A DNA stretch of 63,015 nt from a virus (lineage: Duplodnaviria; Caudoviricetes). This document shows, in pieces, positions 17,960-26,643 of this stretch (its first letter is position 1; the number at the start of each line of letters is the position of its first letter). The DNA lies in the IMG/VR virus record IMGVR_UViG_3300009496_001865, positions 1 through 63,015 of that record; one strand, 5' to 3'. The position numbers were made by a program, and so were the translations under genes. Below the pieces are notes generated by a model. It searched no databases. It worked only from the letters and a program-made list of their open reading frames with translations, and was not told the DNA's origin.

Positions 17960-19278
17960 ATCACTTTTCCTTTTTCTAACGAACCGTATGTTGTCGGCTC
18001 TTTCTCTGCAAGTTTCATTTCTTTATTATACAAAAAATCATCTTTTACAATTTCCCAAAGTTCTGGAAAAGCCTGTCTAAAGTTTTCTTTTCTATACAAG
18101 TCGCCACTTACAATCTGCTGTCTAAACAAATTCCATCTATGAATAATTTCGTTTTCAACTGTATCAGTTACCGCAATTCCATACGGTCTAACTGTTTCTG
18201 TTCTTGGAGTTAATACAAATTTTATTATACCATTTAATTCTTTACGCAATGCTTCTCCTAGTTCTGCATCTTTTAAAGGTTTCACAATAGCAGGTTTCAT
18301 ATCTTCTGGAAATACACTTGGATTAAACCAAGTTGGGAATCTTGCTATGTTGTGATAAATTTTAAATGTAGGCCAACGTTCTCTAAAAATTTTATGAAAC
18401 TCTGCAAGATACATTACATTCATTGCTGTAATAGTATGGCTTATACCTATACTTGCTTGATGTGTTTCATTTAGTGAATGGAAATAATCTAAGTTTTTAC
18501 TTACTTCATCCCAGTCACCTCCGTGCCTAAGGTATTCAAATCGTTCCTTTGTAGCACCGTCTATACTTACATTAAATCCTACACTTGCAAAATTTTCTAT
18601 TAAAGTTTTTAAAAACTTTTTATTTGCAAATGTTCCGTTTGTGCATGTATTAAGGTGTATATTTTTTGCAACACCTTTTTCTACTAAAGTGTTTACAAAT
18701 GTTCTAAACTCCTTCATATAGAATGGTTCACCGCCCATTACTTCTAATTGCGTAATAGAAGGTAACCATTCATCCATAGTAGTCCAAAACTTTGAATTCT
18801 CAAAATCTAGTAAAGGAATATCAACAACTTCTTCGTTATATGGCATTCCTCTGTCTTTTGCTTCTTTAACCCACTTACTACTATTATGAGGGTTACAACT
18901 TCTGCATTTTAAGTTACAAGTGTTGCTCAAAGTTAATTGTATGTCTGCAGGCATGTCTGGTTCCTTTTCATAATTGATTGGACCATAACGTGCTTTTGCA
19001 TATTCATTATACTGTTCTCTTTTGCTTTTATTTCCGTTTGCTTCGTCTTGCCAGCAAGGAGAACAATTATCAGGCAGTTTACCATCTCTGATTTCCTGCC
19101 TGATATTTTGATAATATTCACTATGGAATATATCTTTTATAGAGTGCGAACCTAGTGTAACTTCTTTGCCGTCAGTATCATACACACGATCACGTGCTAT
19201 GCAACACGTTCTAACATGACCTAAAGGTTCATTGCTGATATGTTTCCATAACAGACTACAATATCTTGGTTCGCTCAT
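17956..19278 (-). CDS. Radical SAM enzyme with N-terminal twitch domain (5 of 8)
   Basis: YCSLLW...TCC...CSPC, then CNLKCRSC and MGGEP. Confidence 0.92.
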   Translation of the reverse strand: MSEPRYCSLLWKHISNEPLGHVRTCCIARDRVYDTDGKEVTLGSHSIKDIFHSEYYQNIRQEIRDGKLPDNCSPCWQDEANGNKSKREQYNEYAKARYGPINYEKEPDMPADIQLTLSNTCNLKCRSCNPHNSSKWVKEAKDRGMPYNEEVVDIPLLDFENSKFWTTMDEWLPSITQLEVMGGEPFYMKEFRTFVNTLVEKGVAKNIHLNTCTNGTFANKKFLKTLIENFASVGFNVSIDGATKERFEYLRHGGDWDEVSKNLDYFHSLNETHQASIGISHTITAMNVMYLAEFHKIFRERWPTFKIYHNIARFPTWFNPSVFPEDMKPAIVKPLKDAELGEALRKELNGIIKFVLTPRTETVRPYGIAVTDTVENEIIHRWNLFRQQIVSGDLYRKENFRQAFPELWEIVKDDFLYNKEMKLAEKEPTTYGSLEKGKVI

Positions 19279-19281
19279 TCT

Positions 19282-20610
19282 CTATCTTAAAGCCTCATTT
19301 CTAGTGTTTCCGTAATGAACTACTCTAACACCTTCCATAGGCGGTAACTTTCTCCATGGGTCTAATACAATACTTCCTTGTGCAAAATTAAGTTCTGTGC
19401 CATTAGCAGTAGCAACTGTTAAAGCCTCATCGGCGCCAGTTACTCTATGCTCGTCATACCATCCTTTGACAAAGTCTAATTGTTTACCATATGTTATTTC
19501 TGGGTTATGTGCTATAAGATATACCGCAGGATTATCTAAAACATCCTGTAACGGTGTTTCTCCCATTACTTCATCTAAGTAATATAACTCATGACCTGCT
19601 TTTTCTATGTAGTGACCTACTAACATACTTGGTGACCCTGCATCATAAGGAACTAATGGTTTATATGCTTTACCTACAATTATAATAGGCATGCTTGGTA
19701 TTAAACCAAATGCTGGGTGTTGATCACCTGCATATTCTATTAACTTATTTGCCATATTTTTTGCTTGAACTTCTCTCGAAAGCATTACAGCATCAAATAG
19801 GTCATATCCTAAGTCTAGTTCTTCTGCCATCCAACGTAAAGCGATATTATCTCTGGGGTGACATGCACCACCATCGCCCATACCTGGTTTCATGTAACCT
19901 GGTCCCATAATACGTCTGTCTGAGTTTGCAAGTGCATCACATACAACTTCTGCGTTTATGTTACCTGACTTTTCTGCAACGTCTTGTATCATGTTTACTA
20001 AACTTACTTTTGCTGATATAAATGTATTATAAAATACTTTGATACATTCTGTTTCGTCCCATGTTCCGATAACGTAACGTGGTTCGTTTTGCATGATTGT
20101 TTTATAAAAGTCTACAAGTTCCAATGCGTCACCTGTTTCACTTCCATCTTCTGTGCCAATCATTACCATTTCTGGATTAACCATATCCCACTTGACTGTG
20201 CCCATAGCAATTAAGTATGGATTATACACAAATCTGGTATTGGTCATTAAAGGAACAAATTCCCTTCGCGTTGTGCCCGGGAGCACGGTTGATATAAGGA
20301 CGATAAGTTGCTCGTTTGATGCAACCTCATTTACTTGCGAAAGAACTTTCTTAACTAATGTATAGTCAAAGTCTTTGTTAGGTAAATGGCTGGTTGGTGC
20401 TTTGCCATCATATTGAGGATCGTGTGGAGTTTGAACTGCAACAAAAACAATATCTTGTCCTATTACAGCATCCTTAAGATCTGAAACCATTGTAAAGTTT
20501 TCAGGCTCTCTAGGCTCTACATCGTATCCTACAACATCATGGACCTCAGCAACCATTTCGGCGCAGGCTTGTCCTAACTTGCCTACCCCAATGAATCCGA
20601 TTGAGGCCAT
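19282..20610 (-). CDS. ugd: UDP-glucose/GDP-mannose 6-dehydrogenase family protein
   Basis: Rossmann GFIGVGKLG, VAVQTP, STVLPGT, YNPY, E..KVFYN, catalytic GGACHPRD. AGGAG Shine-Dalgarno. Confidence 0.9.
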   Translation of the reverse strand: MASIGFIGVGKLGQACAEMVAEVHDVVGYDVEPREPENFTMVSDLKDAVIGQDIVFVAVQTPHDPQYDGKAPTSHLPNKDFDYTLVKKVLSQVNEVASNEQLIVLISTVLPGTTRREFVPLMTNTRFVYNPYLIAMGTVKWDMVNPEMVMIGTEDGSETGDALELVDFYKTIMQNEPRYVIGTWDETECIKVFYNTFISAKVSLVNMIQDVAEKSGNINAEVVCDALANSDRRIMGPGYMKPGMGDGGACHPRDNIALRWMAEELDLGYDLFDAVMLSREVQAKNMANKLIEYAGDQHPAFGLIPSMPIIIVGKAYKPLVPYDAGSPSMLVGHYIEKAGHELYYLDEVMGETPLQDVLDNPAVYLIAHNPEITYGKQLDFVKGWYDEHRVTGADEALTVATANGTELNFAQGSIVLDPWRKLPPMEGVRVVHYGNTRNEALR

Positions 20611-20649
20611 TTTTCTCTCCTATTGAGTTTGTTGTATTAAATACAGTTA

Positions 20650-20655
20650 TATTTA
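20650..20655 (-). promoter_or_regulatory. T4-late-type TAAATA box upstream of ugd and the five-rSAM run
   Basis: GATAAATA on the minus strand in a 60-bp intergenic gap, followed by a short leader with an AGGAG Shine-Dalgarno. Confidence 0.55.
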
Positions 20656-20670
20656 TCGGGTTTGTTTTAT

Positions 20671-21489
20671 CTACCAGTTTAAAGTAGGTAGCAGATATTT
20701 GTCTACAAATAGTTCTGCAGTATTAGTTCCTGGGTGATCACCATCATCGTAAGTGCCAGTTCTATCTGGAAAAGTAAGTGCTAGTTCCCAAATGCCGTTC
20801 TTATTGTCATCAATAAAACACCAATTGCTGAAGTCTATTTGATTTACAATACTATCTAATTGTTCAAAATCGCACATATATGGTTCTGCATTAAGACCAA
20901 ATGAAAATTGTTCTGTGATATCTATATTAAATTTTTGTTTTTGCACTTCTGCATGACTCTTATTTAAATGATTCCTATAATTCATAAATGTATATGGAAT
21001 ATCATTTGCTTTACAATACTGTTGCAAGTCTATTATTTGTTGTAATGATTCAGCATAGTGTTGTAGCCAATTGACATTGTCGTAGTAACCTTTAAACAAT
21101 TCTATAAGTATCTCATTAATTGCAGGGTCATAATATCGCCAATTCTTCCATGCTCCAGAGTTGCCTCCTGACGAAACCCATAAGTTATGCGAAGACTTAC
21201 ATCTGTATTTCTTACCTGTGTTTAATATGTTGTATTGTTCTTGTGATACTTCTACGTCATATCTTGAAAAGCCACTCCACATGATTAATACATGGTCAAC
21301 TTCATTATTTTTAAGATAATCTATAGACGAATCTTTTATATAAAAGTTTCCTGCACCTAGATGTGCAAGGTTAGTAAATTCGTGCTCTGGAAATCTGTTT
21401 GCTAATATTTCGGGCCATCTAATTTTATCTTGTCTAAATCTTTCATTAGTTTTCCAAGTATAACTGCACCCATTACATAATACTTTCAT
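20671..21489 (-). CDS. SGNH/GDSL-fold protein, paralog 5
   Basis: VLCNGCSYT, NLAHLGAGN, DHVLIMWS..R, and canonical C-terminal DGDHPG. Confidence 0.7.
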   Translation of the reverse strand: MKVLCNGCSYTWKTNERFRQDKIRWPEILANRFPEHEFTNLAHLGAGNFYIKDSSIDYLKNNEVDHVLIMWSGFSRYDVEVSQEQYNILNTGKKYRCKSSHNLWVSSGGNSGAWKNWRYYDPAINEILIELFKGYYDNVNWLQHYAESLQQIIDLQQYCKANDIPYTFMNYRNHLNKSHAEVQKQKFNIDITEQFSFGLNAEPYMCDFEQLDSIVNQIDFSNWCFIDDNKNGIWELALTFPDRTGTYDDGDHPGTNTAELFVDKYLLPTLNW

Positions 21490-22159
21490 ATCTATCAATC
21501 TCTGGTCTTAGGAACTTGTCTATTAAGTAATAATGCTTACATTCAAGCAATGCTCTTTCGACACATTCTATATCTTTTTTGCGTGACGTGTTTTCTCTTT
21601 TACCCGGTTCTATCTCTAATACTTCAGACATGAACCAATCTAAGTTACTGCTATCTATATACGATATGTTTTTAAACTGTTCGCAAAAGTCAATATAATT
21701 GCATGTATGGTAATTGGTATGCAATGTAAATGCTCTGCCCCAACTATGTGTTGCTTGTTGTTGTCCATCACAAATAAATTGTGTCAAGTAAAATAGTCTG
21801 TCTATGTATTCAACTAGTCTATCATGATCATAAACAACTTTTTCCCATAAAGGCAAAAACTCATCTCCAGGAGCAATTCCACTAATGTAATCTTGTAGTA
21901 TTTCTTTAAAGCCACTTACATATCTCTGCCATGGTTCTCTGATTATAAAAATTATTTCATAGTTTTCTTTATGCAAGTGTTCTACTATATCTTCTTGCCT
22001 GCTCATTCCACTAAAGTGTTCTGGGCCTATGCCATACCAATCGACATCTCCTTCCCCAATTGTTTTCCAATCAGTGCTTAATCTATTTTGTAGAGTTGTT
22101 GTTCCAGTCTTACCTTTACTGAATATACATATTTTCTTATCGTCGTTTATTGCTAACAT
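21473..22159 (-). CDS. Sulfotransferase-like protein (Sulfotransfer_2-like)
   Basis: 5'-PSB-like GKTGTTTL near the N-terminus, 3'-PB-like IIREPWQRYVSG, and a terminal ENTS motif. Confidence 0.6.
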   Translation of the reverse strand: MLAINDDKKICIFSKGKTGTTTLQNRLSTDWKTIGEGDVDWYGIGPEHFSGMSRQEDIVEHLHKENYEIIFIIREPWQRYVSGFKEILQDYISGIAPGDEFLPLWEKVVYDHDRLVEYIDRLFYLTQFICDGQQQATHSWGRAFTLHTNYHTCNYIDFCEQFKNISYIDSSNLDWFMSEVLEIEPGKRENTSRKKDIECVERALLECKHYYLIDKFLRPEIDRYESIM

Positions 22160-23562
22160 TATCTTTGATTATGCTTTTTATCTACTCGCATCCACCAATC
22201 AAATAGTTCAGAATCTTTTGCATAGATGTCTTGTATTCTAAGTTTTTCTTTTGGTCTTATTTCTGCAATTTTATCCTGCCAGCCTCTACCATTAAAGAAA
22301 CTGTCTTCATGTTGATCAGGCCATTGTTCTTCAAATGTAGGAGTAATTTTCATATTCTCCAATTCGTTAATTAGTGTTTGCTGTTTTTGTGTTGCTCTTG
22401 GTTTTATGTATTCTAAATTTTCGTCTATAATTCTATTAAGTATATGTCTTGGCCAAGCCATTGCACTCATTACAATATCAGGATGGAAAGCGAACATGCG
22501 TTTTGTTTCTATTTTAACATCTAGTTCTAATGCGTAATCAAAAAAGTTTTTGAGATCAAACATACCGGGACCTGTAAGTGTTAAATCCATTAACATTTTG
22601 TCATTACCACCTGGCAATGCTACACCTTCTCTAAAGTTTTTATCCCACTCTTCCCAATTGAGCCCTGTTCTTATAAACTCGCCTATATCTCCTGTGCCGT
22701 CTATACTTGCACACATGGTCCAGTCCTTTGCTTGTGGTAGCCAATCATACAGGTAATGCTTACCAAATCTAACTCTGCTAAGATTACTATTGTATCTTAA
22801 ATGAACTTTATGTAAATTATTATCTTGTGCAAGTCTATCCATAGACTTCCAGTGTATATCATACATTAGTGGCTCACCGCCTACCCAATATATTTCCTCA
22901 ACTGTTCCTGATTTAATGTATTCCCAAAACTCTTCTTCAACTACTTCCTTCTGAAAAGTCTCGATGACCTCCTTGTTCTCAGGAACCATAAACGGCTGTT
23001 GTTCCGGAGTCCAAAGGTCATGCTTTCTTTTTTCTGCCTCCCATGTTGAGCTGAGAGGTTCGCCGCACATACGGCACTTAAAATTACACAGGTTACTGAC
23101 CCGGTAATCAAAAGAAATTGGTTCCATAGTAGTATATCCATCATCATTTGTATCCTCAAAACATTTATCAATTTTATTTTCGAATAAGTATCCTGTAAAC
23201 CATTGACGGTATGTGCTTTGGCTTAGAATACTATCATTACATACTGCACATTGTGGTATTTCCTCACCGGCCATAAGTTTCTTTCTTATGTCCATCATGT
23301 AAGGTGAATTCCAATGTTCTTTTAAACTTATTGGTTTATAATCTTCTATTGTTCCTACGTCTTTATATTTGCCAGTGCTCTTATCATTACTAGCATCTAT
23401 ATACTGACGTTGCATCATATGTTCTTCTCTACTAGCACAACACATACGTCGTTCTGATTGCGGACTAATATAGGTATGAGTCCAAGGAGCCGTGCAGAAA
23501 ACTTTGTTCTCTGAGTCGGGGCTCATTTGTCCTCTTTCCCATTTAGGTTTTATTCTAGCCAT
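22159..23562 (-). CDS. Radical SAM enzyme with N-terminal twitch domain (6 of 8)
   Basis: FCTAPW...MCC...CAVC, then CNFKCRMC and VGGEP. Confidence 0.92.
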   Translation of the reverse strand: MARIKPKWERGQMSPDSENKVFCTAPWTHTYISPQSERRMCCASREEHMMQRQYIDASNDKSTGKYKDVGTIEDYKPISLKEHWNSPYMMDIRKKLMAGEEIPQCAVCNDSILSQSTYRQWFTGYLFENKIDKCFEDTNDDGYTTMEPISFDYRVSNLCNFKCRMCGEPLSSTWEAEKRKHDLWTPEQQPFMVPENKEVIETFQKEVVEEEFWEYIKSGTVEEIYWVGGEPLMYDIHWKSMDRLAQDNNLHKVHLRYNSNLSRVRFGKHYLYDWLPQAKDWTMCASIDGTGDIGEFIRTGLNWEEWDKNFREGVALPGGNDKMLMDLTLTGPGMFDLKNFFDYALELDVKIETKRMFAFHPDIVMSAMAWPRHILNRIIDENLEYIKPRATQKQQTLINELENMKITPTFEEQWPDQHEDSFFNGRGWQDKIAEIRPKEKLRIQDIYAKDSELFDWWMRVDKKHNQR

Positions 23563-24319
23563 TTGCAATCTCTAATTGGTTCATGTTAATAAAGAAGTCG
23601 TAAAATTTCTTAGGTGATAATACTGCTCCTTCTGAGTCGTCATCTCCTAGAAACTTTTCTATAAAGTCTATATTTTTAAATACTACAGCACAATCGGGGA
23701 ATATATCTTCACATCTTCCTTCATATCCGACACCGACATGTGGTCTACTCTTATATTTTTCTAAAACATCTAAATTAAGTTCCTCTATTTGAGGAGGAAA
23801 TTTAGGAGTGGAGTGATATAATTTTATTCTCTTTTTATACTTTGGTTTATCTAGTATTGTTAATAATCTATCTATTAACTCATCGTTGCCACCATAAGTA
23901 ATCCATAAAAAATTATTTGCAACAAACTCTACTAATCCTTCATCATCTCTGGAATTGTAATGTATTTTTATTTCTTCTGTTCCTGTATGGTCCTTAACCC
24001 ATTGGGCAGACTCTACATCAGTTACACTCCATTTTAAAGGAATGCCTATTTCATCTACTAATTTTAATATTTTTTGACATGTAAATTCATCTATCTCACT
24101 ACGTTTAGCAACTTCTAAATAAGGCAATGTTCCCCATTTAGAATCCATTTTAATATATTGTTGATTGGGCTGAATTGCAAGGTGTGGTGTAGACTTAGAC
24201 AGCACTACAGCATCAGCATTACATTGTGCCGCGGCAATGATCCTTTTTTCAAGGATACTGAAATCATTTTCGTGTCCTATGCTAATGTTTGCATATAATT
24301 CTATATCTCGTTCTCTCAA
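23555..24319 (-). CDS. Degenerate NeuB-like TIM-barrel protein (probable pseudo-enzyme)
   Basis: Collinear with the NeuB at 25131 (ANISIGHEND vs AEIGINHNGD; SKWGTLPYLE vs TPWGDMTYLE), but catalytic and metal-binding motifs are replaced. TTG start with GGAG Shine-Dalgarno. Confidence 0.7.
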   Translation of the reverse strand: MRERDIELYANISIGHENDFSILEKRIIAAAQCNADAVVLSKSTPHLAIQPNQQYIKMDSKWGTLPYLEVAKRSEIDEFTCQKILKLVDEIGIPLKWSVTDVESAQWVKDHTGTEEIKIHYNSRDDEGLVEFVANNFLWITYGGNDELIDRLLTILDKPKYKKRIKLYHSTPKFPPQIEELNLDVLEKYKSRPHVGVGYEGRCEDIFPDCAVVFKNIDFIEKFLGDDDSEGAVLSPKKFYDFFINMNQLEIANG

Positions 24320-25134
24320 TTTTTATCTCCGTAAAAAGGAATTAAATCTTGTTCTTCTGCTCGAAGTCTTGATATATTTCCGCTAATAGGTGCGGTAATA
24401 ATGTATATACCTTCTTCTTGCATAATCTTTGACCATATAAGTGGACTTTGAATACTAAATTCAGAATCTATTTTAATATCCATTGCTTTTCTTATTACAT
24501 ATTCTATATCTAGATTTTTTAGAATACTAAATGCTTTGTTATTCATTGTCCAACTAAAGTCGTCAAAGGAAGCACCATGCATTGGGTCTACCATTCTTAA
24601 TGGTGACCATACTATAGGTTTAAGTTCCATTACTCTATTATCAAGTTCATCTTGATTTATTAATAGGCTTTCTAAGTTATCAGGAACAAGTTGTCTCCAT
24701 GTTTCCTGATCTGTTGTTTGTTTAATCGCATGCCAAGTCCATCTTCTTAAATCTTTATACTGTTTATGATCCTCTGTAAAGAAATTAAGTATATCACTTT
24801 GATATCCAATGTCTGTTCGTGTTCTAAAATAGTAATCGTATTCACCTTCGACTAATTTAAAACTTTTTAATACTGTATAAAATTGTGCAAACTCATATCT
24901 AAGTTTATCAGATGTAATATTTCTGTATTGCTTATATTTGTCAAAATGATCTTCATACTTTTCTATTTCTATAGTAGCATCAGGAAAGAACTTTTGTAAC
25001 TTGTCCCAATGAGGATTGTGCTCATGTTCCCATGTATGAAAATAAAAATCTTTATTTGCATCTGCAAATGCTTTATTAAGATGAGTCCTTTTCAGTTTCC
25101 TGCATTGACCACTTCCTATAATAGCAAGTTTCAT
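24316..25134 (-). CDS. Putative glycosyltransferase-like protein (SGQxR / HTW / RxRxD family)
   Basis: KLAIIGSGQCR, DFYFHTW, QFY...SF and YDYYFRTRTD, a pattern I recognise from viral glycosylation loci. It sits between the two NeuB copies. Confidence 0.45.
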   Translation of the reverse strand: MKLAIIGSGQCRKLKRTHLNKAFADANKDFYFHTWEHEHNPHWDKLQKFFPDATIEIEKYEDHFDKYKQYRNITSDKLRYEFAQFYTVLKSFKLVEGEYDYYFRTRTDIGYQSDILNFFTEDHKQYKDLRRWTWHAIKQTTDQETWRQLVPDNLESLLINQDELDNRVMELKPIVWSPLRMVDPMHGASFDDFSWTMNNKAFSILKNLDIEYVIRKAMDIKIDSEFSIQSPLIWSKIMQEEGIYIITAPISGNISRLRAEEQDLIPFYGDKN

Positions 25135-25961
25135 CTCATTTTCCTCAAATTTTCTTTTTCACAATCTAAAACACCTTCTCTAACACCCAATGTTTTTTCT
25201 AACATTCTAATTGTGCCTACTAGTTCTGACATGTCTTGTGGGTCACTACTAGCACCTTGATCAGTTCCCCACATCTCCTTATCTAATGTGAAGTGTCGTT
25301 CTAACCAATCTATTCCTTTGTAAACACTTGCTGATGCACTAATAACATTCTGTTCATGACTGCTATATCCATAACTGTAACCACTATGTTTGCTTTGCAT
25401 CCAATCTATCGTATCCATTCTTAATGTATCTAATTCTGCAGGATATGAACTTACTGTATGCATTAATACTAGTTTATTTTTATCCGTTGCTGATTTAAAT
25501 AAATTACAAATATTTTCAATCTCAGTCTGTGTTGTCATTCCTGTGCTTACTATTACTTTTTTATATAGGTCTTTTGCTGTTTTAATCAATTCTAATTCTG
25601 TTGCTTTAGCACTAGGAATTTTAGTAAGTTCATTACTAAAGTTTTCATGCATAAATTTTAAACTATTAATATCCCATACACTTACAAACCAGCCTATGCC
25701 AATGTGTTGACAAAACTTATTAATTATGTTATAATCATTAAGTCCAAATTCTATTCTATGTTTGTATTCCAAATATGTCATATCTCCCCATGGGGTAGAC
25801 TTAGATTGATTTTTTTGTAGTTCAGGCACACAAATATCTGGATCACGTTTTTGAAACTTAACATAATCGGCGCCGGAATCTTTAGCCGCCTGTATCATTT
25901 CTAAACATTTTTCTATATCACCGTTGTGATTTATTCCGATCTCTGCTATAATATTAACCAT
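25131..25961 (-). CDS. neuB: N-acetylneuraminate/nonulosonate synthase family protein, lacking the C-terminal SAF domain
   Basis: IIAEIGINHNGD, ADYVKFQKR, KIPSA, IVSTGM, LMHTVSSYP, GYSSHE, LERHFTLD..MWGTDQ. Start at ATG 25961. Confidence 0.92.
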   Translation of the reverse strand: MVNIIAEIGINHNGDIEKCLEMIQAAKDSGADYVKFQKRDPDICVPELQKNQSKSTPWGDMTYLEYKHRIEFGLNDYNIINKFCQHIGIGWFVSVWDINSLKFMHENFSNELTKIPSAKATELELIKTAKDLYKKVIVSTGMTTQTEIENICNLFKSATDKNKLVLMHTVSSYPAELDTLRMDTIDWMQSKHSGYSYGYSSHEQNVISASASVYKGIDWLERHFTLDKEMWGTDQGASSDPQDMSELVGTIRMLEKTLGVREGVLDCEKENLRKMR

Positions 25962-26643
25962 AAAGTTTTGTCCAATAGTGTGTGTATAATTCAAACTGCC
26001 ATTCGTAATCTATGTCTAAACATTCAAACTCAGATACTTCAAATAGTTTAGGATTATTTTTGCTATATGGAGGTCTGCCCATCCATACACCATTTTTAAT
26101 TTTATCTAATTTACCTGCATATAAAACATGGCCTGCTTCGTAGATAGTTTCTACTGCTTTGGTATTCATTATGTTATTTCCAATTGGCCATTTTGAGATT
26201 AAATTTCCTGCGGTATCCCAAAAGTATTGTTTCTTTGGTATAACTGCAAACTGTCCATCATAAGGGTTAGTAAGATACTCGTCTATAAAATTATCTATTG
26301 TTTCTACTTCTAGGAATAAGTTACAAGCATTTATAAGTATTGCATACTTGTATTGTGGAAATTGATCATGCCATTCGTATATCTTCTGCAAACTTGTGTC
26401 ATTGTTTGCACTCTCAACACTTCTCTTGTAATGCTTTACACCATTGTTATCGCATATATCTATAAGTTCTTGTTCGCATACACTAGCACGGAATTGTTCT
26501 AAGGGTATTTTAGATTTCTTAATTTTTTTAAGTGCAATATCAAATAAGTTTGTGCCTGCAAAAGGCCTAATCATTTTTTGAGGTGCTCGTTCGCTATTAA
26601 CTCTTGCTTGAATTATAAAAAGTATATCGTTTAGATTTTTCAT
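25954..26643 (-). CDS. neuA: Acylneuraminate cytidylyltransferase (CMP-nonulosonate synthetase) family
   Basis: IIQARVNSERAPQKMIRPFAG at the N-terminus and ECLDIDYEWQF at the C-terminus. Adjacent to neuB. Confidence 0.85.
   Translation of the reverse strand: MKNLNDILFIIQARVNSERAPQKMIRPFAGTNLFDIALKKIKKSKIPLEQFRASVCEQELIDICDNNGVKHYKRSVESANNDTSLQKIYEWHDQFPQYKYAILINACNLFLEVETIDNFIDEYLTNPYDGQFAVIPKKQYFWDTAGNLISKWPIGNNIMNTKAVETIYEAGHVLYAGKLDKIKNGVWMGRPPYSKNNPKLFEVSEFECLDIDYEWQFELYTHYWTKLYG

Noticed and set aside
20638-20643. Plus-strand TAAATA pointing antisense into SGNH paralog 5
   Set aside because: No downstream plus-strand ORF, and the hexamer is common in AT-rich DNA.
9995-22159. Saxitoxin or aminoglycoside biosynthesis (sxtI/K/L/N-like or TobZ/BtrN-like parts)
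   Set aside because: No scaffold-forming enzymes (SxtA/SxtG, DOI synthase, aminotransferases); only generic tailoring families are shared.
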